From Patescibacteria group bacterium (GTDB lineage Bacteria; Patescibacteriota; Microgenomatia; Levybacterales; UBA12049): a stretch of 64,000 bases of DNA. Positions within the stretch are counted from its first letter, which is position 1, and each line of letters begins with the position of its first letter. The stretch covers positions 263,343 to 327,342 of the forward strand of contig BPJB01000001.1 in NCBI GenBank assembly GCA_026004395.1. The letters run 5' to 3'. Made by a program: the position numbers and the translations under genes. Shown one piece after another: positions 21,142 to 32,098 of this stretch. A model generated the notes under the pieces. The model had not been told where the DNA came from. It did not search any database and saw only the letters and a program-made list of their open reading frames with translations.

Positions 21142-22259
21142 AGATAGTTGTAATTATCCCAACGTATAATGAGAGAGAGAACATTGAAAAAATGATTCCT
21201 CTTCTTGAGAATAATATTTTCCCTCAGATCAAGCATCATGAGATGTACATCTTGGTTGCAGATGATGAATCTCCAGATAAAACAGCTGATGTAGTAAAAG
21301 AATATATGAAAAAATGGCACAACGTAGATCTTTTAATCGGTACTAAAGAAGGTTTAGGTGCAGCCTATGTTAGAGCTATGCGCTACGCAATGAATAAGAT
21401 GAAAGCAGATGCTGTTGTAGAATTTGATGCGGATTTTCAGCATGATCCAAAAGGAATTATAGATTTAGTACGCGCGATGGATGAAGGGTATGATTATGTT
21501 ATTGGAAGTAGATATATTAAAGGGGGAGAGATTCCTAAAGAGTGGGGATTACACAGAAAATTGATGAGTTTTTTTGGAAGTCTTTTTGCAAGAATTGTTT
21601 TATTTATTCCACAGATTCACGATATGACCTCAGGATTTAAACTGACAAAATCTGAATATCTGAGCAGAGTAGACCTTGAGCATCTGTATTCCAAATATTA
21701 CGCATACAAAATTCAAATTCTTTTCGAAGTGGTAAAACTAGGAGCAAAAGTAAAAGAAATCCCCATTATTTTTTATGAAAGAACTGCTGGATCTAGCAAA
21801 ATAAGTAGAAAGGATCTGTTTGATTCATTTTATGTGGTATTACGACTTAGATTACGAGAGTCGAAAAAGTTTATCAAATTTTTAATAGTTGGGGGATTTG
21901 GATTTATAGTCAATGCAACTGTTCTTCGTATTTTGGTTGAAAGTTTTCAATGGCATCCAGCTCAAGCAAATCTCGTAGGAGCTGCACTTGCTATTTTTTC
22001 CAATTATAATTTTAATAATGCCTGGACATTTAAAGAACGAAGGGTCAGGACTATTCCCATGTATTTTTTTAAGATGTTGCAGTTTTATGCTACTTCTTCT
22101 TTTGGAGTTGTCTTTATTCAAACAGGTACTATTTTTTTAGGAACGCATTTTCTCAGTAGACGCTATTATTTTATTTATTTTCTTGTTGGGACATTTTTTT
22201 TGTTGATTTGGAACTTTACAATTTATAGTAAATTCATTTGGCGAAAGATTAAACACTAA
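21138..22259 (+). CDS. Polyprenol-phosphate glycosyltransferase (DPM1-like GT2) fused to GtrA-like domain
   Basis: PTYNE.EN, DDESPDKT, DADFQHDP, GSRY..GG; C-terminal KFLIVG...NY.FN..WTF GtrA pattern. Confidence 0.88.
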   Translation: MKIVVIIPTYNERENIEKMIPLLENNIFPQIKHHEMYILVADDESPDKTADVVKEYMKKWHNVDLLIGTKEGLGAAYVRAMRYAMNKMKADAVVEFDADFQHDPKGIIDLVRAMDEGYDYVIGSRYIKGGEIPKEWGLHRKLMSFFGSLFARIVLFIPQIHDMTSGFKLTKSEYLSRVDLEHLYSKYYAYKIQILFEVVKLGAKVKEIPIIFYERTAGSSKISRKDLFDSFYVVLRLRLRESKKFIKFLIVGGFGFIVNATVLRILVESFQWHPAQANLVGAALAIFSNYNFNNAWTFKERRVRTIPMYFFKMLQFYATSSFGVVFIQTGTIFLGTHFLSRRYYFIYFLVGTFFLLIWNFTIYSKFIWRKIKH

Positions 22260-22284
22260 TTACTATCTCCGATTAAAAATTTCT

Positions 22285-23850
22285 ATGATAAACGTACTGC
22301 GTTCTATTTTTATAAAACGAGAAAATATTTTTTTACTTTTAATTCTTACTCTTGCTTCATTTTTAAGGCTATTTCGGCTTTCTGACTATATGACATTTCT
22401 TGGAGATGAAGGAAGAGACGTACTTATAGTCAAACATATCCTTGAGGGAGATTTTACCCTTCTTGGTCCTAGATCATCAGCCGCAGATTTTTATTACGGA
22501 CCAATATATTACTATCTTATAACTCCTTTTTTATGGATTTTTCGCTTTGATCCTGTAGGACCTGCAGTCTTTATTGCATTAGTGGGTATAGCAACTGTTT
22601 ATCTTGTTTACCATGTTGGAAGAGAGTGGTTTGGAGTACGCGGAGGATTGGTAGCTTCAGCTTTATATGCAGTTTCTCCTCTTGTTCTTACCTATTCTCG
22701 TTCTTCCTGGAATCCTAATCCTCTTCCTTTTGTCACATTGCTTGCATTTTTTCTACTGTATAAAGGAGTACGTAAAGATAAATGGTGGAGATTTTTTCTT
22801 GTTGGTTTGCTATTAGGAATTGGCTTACAATTGCAATATCTAGCGCTATTTGTTGGAGTTATCATTTTTATTTATACATTAGTTGGAACACTTTTTTTCC
22901 AACATACCCGGAAGCTGTATTTTCTTATAAAGCGCTATTTTTGGGAAGGTAGTGGATTTCTTGTTGGATTTTCTCCTTTTCTAGCTTTTGAGATACTCCA
23001 TGGGTTTCCAAATTCCAGGACGATTTTCAACTACATTTTTGGAAAATATTCTCAGAATATTTCTGATTATAAGCCTTTTGGGTATCAGGTTGGATATGCA
23101 TTTTTAAAGCTTTTTGGTAGATTACTTACCCGTTTTCCCAATATTGATTTTGCTGCTATTCAAGATGATTTTTTACTTCAGATATGGTTTTTGGCAACAA
23201 TTACCTTAGGTATTCTACTTTATTTTTTTGTTATTAAGATAAAAGATAAAGATGTGAAAATCCTTCTAAGTATCTGGGGAATATTGGGAGTTGTGTTATT
23301 TGGTTTTTATCATAAAGAGATTTATGATTATTATCTGGGATTTCTTTTCCCTCTTCCTTTTCTCTTACTGGGTAATTTAGCCAGTATCTCATTTAATACA
23401 AAATCATTGTTTATTAAAGGCAGCGTAGGTTTTCTTTGTATTGTTTTATTTTTAGCTAATCTAGCAGGTATGCCTTTCACCAAAGAGCCGAATAAACAAA
23501 AGGAACAAGTAAAAAAGATTGTAGAATTTGTGATCTCCAAAACAGATAACAAGCCATTTAACTTTGCCCTGATTACACCAGGAAATTCAGATCATGCATA
23601 TCGTTACTATTTTGAAATTTTAGGAAGAAAGCCGGTTGAAATAGAAAATATGATCAAAGATCCACAGAGAAAAACAGTCACAGATCAGTTGATAGTTGTC
23701 TGTGAAGATGTCTCATGTAGTCCCTTAGGGCATCCGCTTTTTGAAGTTGCTGGCTTCGGAAGAGCTGAGATCGCAGGTGAATGGGATGTTTCTGTGGTAA
23801 AAGTCTTCAAACTAGTTCATTATCAAGACAATAATTCAAAGTCACGTTAA
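22285..23850 (+). CDS. GT-C family (ArnT/PMT-like) integral membrane glycosyltransferase
   Basis: FLGDEGRD after TM1, GPIYYY, SRSSWNPN, many TM helices. Confidence 0.85.
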   Translation: MINVLRSIFIKRENIFLLLILTLASFLRLFRLSDYMTFLGDEGRDVLIVKHILEGDFTLLGPRSSAADFYYGPIYYYLITPFLWIFRFDPVGPAVFIALVGIATVYLVYHVGREWFGVRGGLVASALYAVSPLVLTYSRSSWNPNPLPFVTLLAFFLLYKGVRKDKWWRFFLVGLLLGIGLQLQYLALFVGVIIFIYTLVGTLFFQHTRKLYFLIKRYFWEGSGFLVGFSPFLAFEILHGFPNSRTIFNYIFGKYSQNISDYKPFGYQVGYAFLKLFGRLLTRFPNIDFAAIQDDFLLQIWFLATITLGILLYFFVIKIKDKDVKILLSIWGILGVVLFGFYHKEIYDYYLGFLFPLPFLLLGNLASISFNTKSLFIKGSVGFLCIVLFLANLAGMPFTKEPNKQKEQVKKIVEFVISKTDNKPFNFALITPGNSDHAYRYYFEILGRKPVEIENMIKDPQRKTVTDQLIVVCEDVSCSPLGHPLFEVAGFGRAEIAGEWDVSVVKVFKLVHYQDNNSKSR

Positions 23851-23934
23851 TTTAGAAGAAGTAATAGGGAAAGATAAAAATATACTTAGCAAAAAGTTTA
23901 AAAATTAGAGAAATTATTAGGAATAGAAAAATAA

Positions 23935-25749
23935 CTAGAGATTTACTTGCTCATTTTCAGAAACGATTATTTGTTCTGCGGTTTTTTCTAGAGATAATCC
24001 TATTGCAACAAGTAAAGCCAATAAGATAGTTGCAGCAACGCCAGTTTTGTCTTGTTTTGCTTTTTCTTTAAGTGACTTTATAGATTCTAATCGTTTTTCC
24101 TCAGTCTCTGCATTGAGTGCTTTATTTATTTGATCAATTGCGCTATCTGGGACTTGTTCTAGCATTTGAGGTATTTGATCCGGTAGAAGATTGGTATTCT
24201 TAAGAAGATATACTTGTAATTCTGCTTTTTTAACTGCGTTTTTTGCTTCAATCAGTTCCTCTTTTGCAAGTTGTAGATTATTTTTTTCAGTCGTTAGAGT
24301 TGATCTAATATCATCAATTTCTTGACTTTTTAAAGAATCAGCAAGGTTTTGAAGTTGAACTGCCCTTTCTTCCAGTATTCTTGCTTTTTCTTGTAATGTG
24401 TTATTTTTTGGGTTTGCTTCTGCTTGTCTGCGAGCTTTTTCTGCTGCTGATTTGTGTTTTTCTAATTCCTTAGAAAGTTCATGTTCAGCATCTGCTGCTC
24501 TTTTTTGTAATTCTTGACTTGGTTGAGCGCTTTTTGCTAATTCTTCGTAGACCTCTTTTACTCTCAAAGAAAGCTCAACGATTCTTACGCGCTGTTCTGC
24601 TTCTTCTTTTACTCTTTCTTTTTCTGCCAATTCACTTTTCATTTCAGTCAGATTTACTTCTGCTTCTTGTGCTCTTACTTCTTTATCTGCTAAGGACATA
24701 AGATCTTTTTTAATCTGTTCTGTAATAATAACTCCTTTAGAAATTTCTTGATTAAGAAGAAGAGCATATGCACGTTGCCATTCAGGTTTTTGTCGGAGTA
24801 TCTGTGTTTCCTGTTCTAATTGTTTTTTCTTGGCTTCATTTTCTTGTTGTATAGTCTTTTTTATTTCTTCAACAGCTTTTTTTCTAGCTTGTGAGATTTG
24901 CTCCGGTGTAGCATCGACAATGTTTGTCTTTCCAAGGGCTTCTAAAAATTTTTGAGCAAATTCTGGATGATTTAATATCTGTTGCTCAGATATTTCTGAT
25001 AGTAGCTCTTCATTTCTAATCCTCTCAAGAGTTCTTTTAGAAAGATCATTGATAGTTTCCTCTTTTAATTTATTTATTTCCTTATCTGAAAGTGGCCGCT
25101 TTAATTTACTTTGTACTTCTGCAATTTTATCGACAATTAACTTTCTGGCAACAGGATTTTTTTCTATTTCTTGTCGGATCTTTTCTATCTGCATATTTTG
25201 AAATTCTAATGCGGCTGCAACATTTCTCACTGCCAATTCATTGAGCTCATTGATTTCAGCTGAAGTTAATGCGTCTCCTTTTTTCTTTACAGACTCAGCA
25301 ATAAGCCTTGCTTGTTCTTGATTGACTTCATTTGCATATTGATATTTAACTGACTCTAAATAATTTCGCGCTTTATTAATTTCTGTTCTTTCTTGTCTTT
25401 GATTTTTCCAATGATCCAGTACTGCACCCAATGATTCGGATGTACTTTTATTTTTCGCACGAGCTTCTTGGTATGATCGTAAATATCCAAATCTAGGTGG
25501 TTTGCGAGCAGCTTTTTTTCTCCATTCTTCAGCGCGTTGTACTGCTGCTTTCCAATCTTTACCAGTACGCAGACCTTCACCTTCGCCATAGGCAAGAACA
25601 CGAAGAGCACTGTCAGGATTTTCTTGCATTTCTGCAATTTTGGCAGCTCTTTCTCTTGCACGTTGCAAACGGGCGTGTCGTACTTCGTTTATTTTTTCAG
25701 TTGCAACGTTGGTGACTGTTTCTTTGACAACTTGTTGTTCGATAGGCAT
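23935..25749 (-). CDS. Large coiled-coil orphan with C-terminal hydrophobic segment
   Basis: 604 aa, E/K/Q/A-rich heptads, AATILLALLVAIGLSL near the C-terminus. Confidence 0.75.
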   Translation of the reverse strand: MPIEQQVVKETVTNVATEKINEVRHARLQRARERAAKIAEMQENPDSALRVLAYGEGEGLRTGKDWKAAVQRAEEWRKKAARKPPRFGYLRSYQEARAKNKSTSESLGAVLDHWKNQRQERTEINKARNYLESVKYQYANEVNQEQARLIAESVKKKGDALTSAEINELNELAVRNVAAALEFQNMQIEKIRQEIEKNPVARKLIVDKIAEVQSKLKRPLSDKEINKLKEETINDLSKRTLERIRNEELLSEISEQQILNHPEFAQKFLEALGKTNIVDATPEQISQARKKAVEEIKKTIQQENEAKKKQLEQETQILRQKPEWQRAYALLLNQEISKGVIITEQIKKDLMSLADKEVRAQEAEVNLTEMKSELAEKERVKEEAEQRVRIVELSLRVKEVYEELAKSAQPSQELQKRAADAEHELSKELEKHKSAAEKARRQAEANPKNNTLQEKARILEERAVQLQNLADSLKSQEIDDIRSTLTTEKNNLQLAKEELIEAKNAVKKAELQVYLLKNTNLLPDQIPQMLEQVPDSAIDQINKALNAETEEKRLESIKSLKEKAKQDKTGVAATILLALLVAIGLSLEKTAEQIIVSENEQVNL

Positions 25750-25752
25750 AGA

Positions 25753-26091
25753 TTATGTTGGCTGATTTTTTAAGGATTTCGCTAAAGTGATAGCATGTTC
25801 TATATTTCCTTCTCTAATTGAGTTGGATATTAGTTGTACTGTTTGTTGTTGTTTTTCATGAATGTTTTTTCCTAGCTCAAGATTATATATTTGTTGGGCA
25901 GCAGTATATTTATCACCTAGATTTTTTAATTTCATAAGTAAATCTTCCTGATTTTTAATAGGAAGCACAGCTAAGAAGTCTTTTGCGAGTCTGGAGGCAG
26001 TCGCAACGTCCATCTGATTATTTTTCAGGTTATTGATAATAACTGTTAGGAGTTCTTGTTCAACCTCCTGTTGTTTTTGTTGGATATCCAT
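25753..26091 (-). CDS. Hypothetical helical protein
   Basis: 112 aa ORF tightly packed (3-4 bp gaps) between neighbours. Confidence 0.7.
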   Translation of the reverse strand: MDIQQKQQEVEQELLTVIINNLKNNQMDVATASRLAKDFLAVLPIKNQEDLLMKLKNLGDKYTAAQQIYNLELGKNIHEKQQQTVQLISNSIREGNIEHAITLAKSLKNQPT

Positions 26092-26095
26092 ACCA

Positions 26096-26542
26096 CTAAA
26101 TAGAAGGCTCTTCTTGATTTAGAGAGGCATCTGCAATCGGAGACGCGATAAGAAAAGCTAAATCTTCTTCGGTTAGTTCTCCTGAGTCGATTTTATCCAG
26201 TAGACGATTGCAGATTGTTGTTACTTGTTCGATTGAGATTCTCATCTCTGTTGCAATTTTTTGTTTTCTGACATCACTGTTACTAATATCTGTAAGAAGA
26301 TCAATCATAGATTGTCCAACGTTGGTAATATAATCCTCTTCAGTTTGTGGATTGACTGATGTATTTTCTACTACTTGATCGTTTGTTTGAAAGGGTGGCA
26401 TGGATGATGCGATTTGAGAGTTAACTTGAGAGTTATCTATATTAACTGACTGCGGGTTTGAGTTTGAAGCATTGGAATTTGTAGATACTGTATCTGTAGT
26501 TGCTGGATTTGCTTGTGAATTTTGATTATCTGTTTGATCCAT
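26096..26542 (-). CDS. Hypothetical protein with N/Q/S/T-rich disordered N-terminus
   Basis: 148 aa, first gene of a 3-gene minus-strand unit; TTGACA upstream. Confidence 0.7.
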   Translation of the reverse strand: MDQTDNQNSQANPATTDTVSTNSNASNSNPQSVNIDNSQVNSQIASSMPPFQTNDQVVENTSVNPQTEEDYITNVGQSMIDLLTDISNSDVRKQKIATEMRISIEQVTTICNRLLDKIDSGELTEEDLAFLIASPIADASLNQEEPSI

Positions 26543-26756
26543 ACTTTTATTAATTCATAAATATAATGTTATGTCAAGGATTAGTGTTATATTTTATCCC
26601 TATTTTTTTGAAAAGTTTGCAATATTCTTATGAACTCACATTTGTATTTTGATGTTTTAAATATATTGAAAATTTCAAAGAGCTTAAATCAACAAAATAA
26701 AATTTTTAGGTTGCAAAATCAAATTGGAGAGTGTACACTGGATCATCAGTAATTAT

Positions 26757-27488
26757 ATGCTCGTTATTAAAGATCTTCATTCATCTGTTGATCGGAAAGA
26801 AATTCTTCATGGTATAAATTTGAAAATTGCACAGGGAGAAATTCATGCCATTATGGGACCAAACGGATCTGGTAAAACAACACTCACATTATCACTAATG
26901 GGACATCCTGCCTATGAGGTAAATTCTACACAATCAAAAATTATTTTAAATAAGAAGGATATCACTTCGCTTCAGCCAGAGGAGAGAGCTAAGAGGGGTC
27001 TTTTTGTCGCTTTTCAAAATCCATTAGAAGTCACAGGTGTTTCGCTGCTTGCTTTTTTAAGAACTGCCTATAATTCTCTTCATGGTAAGAAGATGCCTCT
27101 TTCACAATTTAAACAAGAAGTGAAAGAAGCTTTAAGATCAGTAAACCTTAGTGAGGATTTTTTACAGCGATCAGTTAATGAAGGATTTTCAGGCGGTGAG
27201 AAAAAGAGAGCTGAGATTGCCCAACTTCTCGTACTCAGACCCAAATATGCAATACTTGATGAGATTGATTCAGGTCTAGATATTGATAGTTTAAAAGTAA
27301 TTGCTCAGACTATTGCCCAATCTGCCAAAAAATTACAGATGGGTATTCTTATTATTACTCATTATCAGAGAATACTTCATTATCTAAGACCAGATAAGGT
27401 TCATATACTAATTGATGGCAGGATTAAAAAATCAGGTACACTTAACTTAGTTAGGAAAATAGAGAAAGAGGGATATGCAGCGATTTGA
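26757..27488 (+). CDS. sufC: Fe-S cluster assembly ATPase SufC
   Basis: [46 protein letters not shown]. Confidence 0.96.
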   Translation: MLVIKDLHSSVDRKEILHGINLKIAQGEIHAIMGPNGSGKTTLTLSLMGHPAYEVNSTQSKIILNKKDITSLQPEERAKRGLFVAFQNPLEVTGVSLLAFLRTAYNSLHGKKMPLSQFKQEVKEALRSVNLSEDFLQRSVNEGFSGGEKKRAEIAQLLVLRPKYAILDEIDSGLDIDSLKVIAQTIAQSAKKLQMGILIITHYQRILHYLRPDKVHILIDGRIKKSGTLNLVRKIEKEGYAAI

Positions 27489-28863
27489 CATTACCTATAA
27501 GTATGGATTTCACGATAAGATAAAACCATTTTTTTCTACTCCAAAAGGTTTATCCAAAAAAGTCATTCAGGAGATCTCCTATCAAAAGAATGAACCGCAA
27601 TGGATGCTTGATAAAAGACTTAGGGCGCTGGATGTTTTTTACGCAAAACCGCTACCAGAATGGGGAGGAGATTTATCACAGCTTAGATTTGATGAAATAC
27701 GTTACTATGTAAAGCCGACAGAAAAACAAGTATACTCATGGGATGAGCTTCCCGAAGAGATTAAAAATACCTATGAAAAAATTGGAATTCCAGAGGCAGA
27801 GAGAAAATTTTTAGCTGGTGTAGGTGCACAATATGACTCTGAGGTTGTTTATCAAAGTATTTCTGAGTTACTTTCTAAAAAAGGAGTTATTTTTACAGAT
27901 ACGGACACTGCTGTTAAAAAATATCCAGAACTTGTTCAGGAGTATTTCGGCAAGATAGTTCCTGCGGGAGATAATAAATTTGCTGCTCTGAATACCGCTG
28001 TGTGGTCAGGAGGATCATTTATCTATGTTCCCAAAGGAGTGCATGTACAGTTGCCTTTACAGGCATATTTTCGCATTAATGCAATGAATATGGGACAGTT
28101 TGAAAGAACGCTTATTATTGCTGATGAGGGATCATATGTGCATTATGTTGAGGGATGTACTGCTCCAATTTTTACTACAGACTCTCTTCATGCAGCCGTC
28201 GTGGAAATAGTCGTAAAAAAAGGTGCAAGAGTACGCTATACCACTATTCAGAACTGGAGTAAAAATGTCTATAATCTCGTGACAAAGCGGATGTTTATCG
28301 AAGAAGAAGGCTTCGGTGAGTGGATTGATGGCAATTTAGGAAGCAAACTTACCATGAAATATCCCTCAGTGTATCTAAAAGGAAGAAAAGCACGAGGAGA
28401 GATTCTTTCTCTTGCTTTTGCAGGATCTGGACAACATCAAGACGCCGGAGGAAAAGCAATTCATCTAGCTTCTGAAACAAGTTCTGTTATTACGTCCAAA
28501 TCTGTGAGCAAAGACGGGGGAAGAACATCGTACAGGGGACTTTTACATGTTGTAAAGGGTGCGAAGGATAGTAAGTCAACAGTAAGATGTGATGCTCTTA
28601 TTCTTGATCCTTTGAGCCGTTCTGATACCTATCCGACGATGGATATTGAAGATGAACGTGTTATGATAGGTCATGAAGCATCAGTTTCGCGAATTGGTGA
28701 AGAGCAGCTTTTTTATTTTCAGAGTAGAGGCATTCCTCAGTCTCAGGCAGAAGTAATGATTGTCAATGGATTTGTTGAACCAATTGTTCGTGAGCTGCCA
28801 ATGGAGTATGCAGTAGAGTTAAATCGTCTCATACAACTTGAGATGACAGGAGCTGTTGGTTAG
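27475..28863 (+). CDS. sufB: Fe-S cluster scaffold SufB
   Basis: [54 protein letters not shown]. Confidence 0.97.
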   Translation: MQRFDITYKYGFHDKIKPFFSTPKGLSKKVIQEISYQKNEPQWMLDKRLRALDVFYAKPLPEWGGDLSQLRFDEIRYYVKPTEKQVYSWDELPEEIKNTYEKIGIPEAERKFLAGVGAQYDSEVVYQSISELLSKKGVIFTDTDTAVKKYPELVQEYFGKIVPAGDNKFAALNTAVWSGGSFIYVPKGVHVQLPLQAYFRINAMNMGQFERTLIIADEGSYVHYVEGCTAPIFTTDSLHAAVVEIVVKKGARVRYTTIQNWSKNVYNLVTKRMFIEEEGFGEWIDGNLGSKLTMKYPSVYLKGRKARGEILSLAFAGSGQHQDAGGKAIHLASETSSVITSKSVSKDGGRTSYRGLLHVVKGAKDSKSTVRCDALILDPLSRSDTYPTMDIEDERVMIGHEASVSRIGEEQLFYFQSRGIPQSQAEVMIVNGFVEPIVRELPMEYAVELNRLIQLEMTGAVG

Positions 28864-28867
28864 AGAT

Positions 28868-29497
28868 ATGCAAGAAAATACAATTCTAGAGCTTGCAATC
28901 AAGGATAATGAAGAGCTTATTTATCCCTTTGTCTGGATTAATGGTAAAGAAAAAGAAATAACTATCAAGGTAAATCTGATAGGTGCAAACTCATCAGTTT
29001 TGCTTTATGGAATATTCTTGGGTGGTGGCAATAAACAGATAGTATTCAATACAGACGTCGTTCATAGTGGTAAAAATACAAAGAGCAGTATACATATCAG
29101 GGCAGTATTTTTTGATGAATCATCATTCAGTAATGATGGAATGATAAGAATTTTAAAAGGAGCAAAGAATGCTGATGGATTTTTCGCCTCTAAAGTGCTT
29201 TTATTTGGTTCTGCGAAAGGAAGAAGCGTTCCTTCTCTTGAAATAGATGAAAACGAGGTAAAAGCGGGACATGGGTCCACTATTGGCAGGCCTGATCCAC
29301 GACAACTTTTTTATATGCGCAGCCGCGGTCTTTCGGAAAAGGAAGCAGAATCTATTATTGTCGAAGGATTTTTTGACCCTGTAGTAAGACTGTTACCTGC
29401 AAAATTGCGCAGAGATACAAATATGCAAATAGCAAAATTTTTGAGGAACAAAACATTCTTTACAAATGAAAGATTTGCTGACTATGAAGGATTATAA
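28868..29497 (+). CDS. sufD: Short SufD (C-terminal beta-helix part)
   Basis: PSLEIDENEVKAGHGSTIG, QLFYMRSRGL; follows sufB. Confidence 0.85.
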   Translation: MQENTILELAIKDNEELIYPFVWINGKEKEITIKVNLIGANSSVLLYGIFLGGGNKQIVFNTDVVHSGKNTKSSIHIRAVFFDESSFSNDGMIRILKGAKNADGFFASKVLLFGSAKGRSVPSLEIDENEVKAGHGSTIGRPDPRQLFYMRSRGLSEKEAESIIVEGFFDPVVRLLPAKLRRDTNMQIAKFLRNKTFFTNERFADYEGL

Positions 29498-30683
29498 AAG
29501 CGAATTTCCTATTTTTAAAAATATTCCCAGTCTTATCTATCTTGACTCTGCTGCTACATCACAAAAACCGCAAGTGGTGATTGATTCGATTAAAGAATTC
29601 TATACTCATTATAACGCTAATGCATATAGAGGTCTTTATTCTTTAGCTGAAAAAACTACTGAAAAAGTAGAAGAGGTGCGAGAAAAAGTACGTGAATTTA
29701 TCAATGCAAGGTCATCTGATGAGATTATTTTTACCAAGAATACAACAGAGGGAATTAATCTTGTAGCTAAGAGTTGGGGTGAATTATTAAAAAGGGGTGA
29801 TTATGTTGTCACAACAGTTGCAGAACATCATGCAAATTTTGTTCCCTGGCAGCAAATATCCAAGACAAAAAATGCTGTTTTCTACGTATTGTCTATAGCT
29901 TCCGATGGAACGCTGATAGTTGAAGAAGATGTTATTAAAAATGCAAAAATTCTTTCATTAAGCTATACAAATCATGTCCTAGGAACTGTACAAGATGTAT
30001 CAAGGATTATCAACATTGCCAAAAGAAAGAATCCTTCACTTCGAGTTTTTGTTGATGCAGCACAGGCAGTGCCTCATAAACGAATTGATGTTCAGGCATT
30101 AAATTGTGATGCTTTAGCTTTTTCTGGACACAAGATGCTGGCTGAAACAGGTGTTGGAGTTTTGTATGTGAAGAAAGAGTTACATAATGAAATGATGCCC
30201 ATCAATTATGGTGGGCATATGATTAAAGAAGTTACGATAAAGAATACTACTTTCGCTGATTCACCTGCAAAATTAGAAGCAGGCACTTTACATATTGCAG
30301 GAATAGTTAGTCTTGGAACAGCGATTGATTATCTTAATAAGCTAGGATTAGATACAGTTGAAAAGCACAATCATCGATTAGTTGCCTATTGTTTGGATCG
30401 CATGAGAACTCTTGAGGGGGTAAGAATACTGGGTCCAACCGATGCTAAAAAAAGATCAAGTATTATTTCATTTGTTTTGGATGGCGTTCATCCACACGAT
30501 ATCGCACAGATCTTAGGATATAAAAATATTTGCATTAGGTCAGGTCATCATTGTGCTATGCCTTTACATAACCATTTAAGAGTATCTGCATCATGCAGGG
30601 TGAGTTTTTATATTTATAATACAGAAGAGGATATTGAACAATTAATAAGCGGCATAAAAAAAGTAAGGAAGGTATTTCTATGA
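29466..30683 (+). CDS. sufS: Cysteine desulfurase SufS
   Basis: YLDSAATSQKP, EHHANFVPW, DAAQAVPH, FSGHKM, RSGHHCA. Confidence 0.95.
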   Translation: MKDLLTMKDYKSEFPIFKNIPSLIYLDSAATSQKPQVVIDSIKEFYTHYNANAYRGLYSLAEKTTEKVEEVREKVREFINARSSDEIIFTKNTTEGINLVAKSWGELLKRGDYVVTTVAEHHANFVPWQQISKTKNAVFYVLSIASDGTLIVEEDVIKNAKILSLSYTNHVLGTVQDVSRIINIAKRKNPSLRVFVDAAQAVPHKRIDVQALNCDALAFSGHKMLAETGVGVLYVKKELHNEMMPINYGGHMIKEVTIKNTTFADSPAKLEAGTLHIAGIVSLGTAIDYLNKLGLDTVEKHNHRLVAYCLDRMRTLEGVRILGPTDAKKRSSIISFVLDGVHPHDIAQILGYKNICIRSGHHCAMPLHNHLRVSASCRVSFYIYNTEEDIEQLISGIKKVRKVFL

Positions 30684-31323
30684 GAACTATATTTTCTATT
30701 GTGAGGCATGGACAGTCATATTCGAACGAATATGACTGCAAAAGAGAAAGGAAAGCTCATTAGGAGAGAAAGGGTCATTAACACCACTGGGAAGAAAGCA
30801 AGCGGAAGATCTAGCAAAAGAACTCAAGAGAATACATTTTGATGCGATTATTGCATCAGATATGACAAGGGCAAGGGATACAGCGATAATAATAGGGAAA
30901 GTATTACAGTTGTCAATCAGGCAGGATGCTCGGCTAAGAGAACGAGATCGAGGAAAACATCTCTTAGGTATGAATGAAAAAGAAGTAAGAAAATATCTTG
31001 GAGTAATTTACGAAGAGTATCTTTCATTTTCATCTGAACAACAATTTCATCATCATTTTTTTGATGATTATGAAACATATTACGAAACAGTGATCAGAAT
31101 GAGAAATTGCCTGCAAGATATCTCAAAAGAATACCCAAACAAAACGGTACTTTTGGTAACTCATGGTGCTATTACTAGAGCATTTCTTGCTTACATAGGA
31201 TTTGCTCCTTTTAGTGCACTTCCTTCTGGATCATTTCAAAACTGTGGGTATATTAATCTTATATACAATGGAGAACTTTTTCATGTTGAAAAAACAAAAG
31301 GTTTAAACGTGATCTATGAATGA
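30680..31323 (+). CDS. Histidine phosphatase family protein (frameshifted near 30730-30765)
   Basis: MRTIFSIVRHGQS at 30680; GSLTPLGRKQA..ASDMTRA..RLRERD..LLVTHG in another frame. Confidence 0.75.
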
Positions 31324-31687
31324 ATTCTACAAAGAAGAAATTTTAGAACATTATCGCAATCCTCAAAATTTTGGTAAATTATCTAATTTTTCTCACTCTT
31401 CAAAAATTGTCAATCCATTTTGTGGAGATAAAATTGAGATGTATATTTATCTTCAGGATGGTGTTATATCTGCAATTTCTTTTGTTGCAGAGGGTTGTGC
31501 TATAAGCATTGCAGCTGCATCTTTGCTTACAGAATATGTGGAGAAAAAACATCTAAAAGAATTGACAGTATTTTCCGAAAATACTATGCTGGATTTGCTT
31601 AATATAGAAATCTCTGAAACTCGGAAAAAGTGTGCTTTATTAGCTTATTCTGCTTTCAAAGATGCCTTATGGGGAAATATAAAGTAA
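31316..31687 (+). CDS. sufU: SufU/IscU-like sulfur-transfer scaffold
   Basis: ILEHYRNPQNFG, NPFCGD, GCAISIAAAS, RKKCALL. Confidence 0.92.
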   Translation: MNEFYKEEILEHYRNPQNFGKLSNFSHSSKIVNPFCGDKIEMYIYLQDGVISAISFVAEGCAISIAAASLLTEYVEKKHLKELTVFSENTMLDLLNIEISETRKKCALLAYSAFKDALWGNIK

Positions 31688-31965
31688 AAGTAGATAGATC
31701 ATTATGTATTGGTGCAGGATCATGCGAGGCAATTGCGCCACAAGCATTTAGACTTGATAACAATGGTAAAGTCATTTTGAGGAAGAAAGAAGGATTGCAG
31801 TTCACAGATACTTCTTACTTTGAAGAACTGGAAGAAACAGCGGAAAATATCTGGAATGCTGCTAAGGTTTGTCCCGTAAATGCAATTAAAATCATTGAAG
31901 TTGATGATAAAGGCAATGAAAGACAAATTTGGCCCTCAGAAGACAAAAGAAGAGGGAATTTATGA
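31669..31965 (+). CDS. Single-cluster ferredoxin (CxxAxxC...CP; 3Fe-4S type possible)
   Basis: VDRSLCIGAGSCEAIAP...AAKVCPVNAI. Confidence 0.88.
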   Translation: MGKYKVKVDRSLCIGAGSCEAIAPQAFRLDNNGKVILRKKEGLQFTDTSYFEELEETAENIWNAAKVCPVNAIKIIEVDDKGNERQIWPSEDKRRGNL

Positions 31966-32098
31966 ATATATAATAGGAAATGGGACAAATACTAAAGGAC
32001 AGCTGTGCCCGGTCTGTAAATATATAATAGGATTACTTCCCGGATCACCTGATGCGATATGCAAAAATTGCGGTTATAAAGATCCCTGTTGCGAATGA
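31916..32098 (+). CDS. Small Cys-rich (Zn-ribbon-like) protein
   Basis: CPVC...CKNCGYKDPCCE; stop overlaps yjjX start; start codon uncertain. Confidence 0.6.
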   Translation: MKDKFGPQKTKEEGIYEYIIGNGTNTKGQLCPVCKYIIGLLPGSPDAICKNCGYKDPCCE

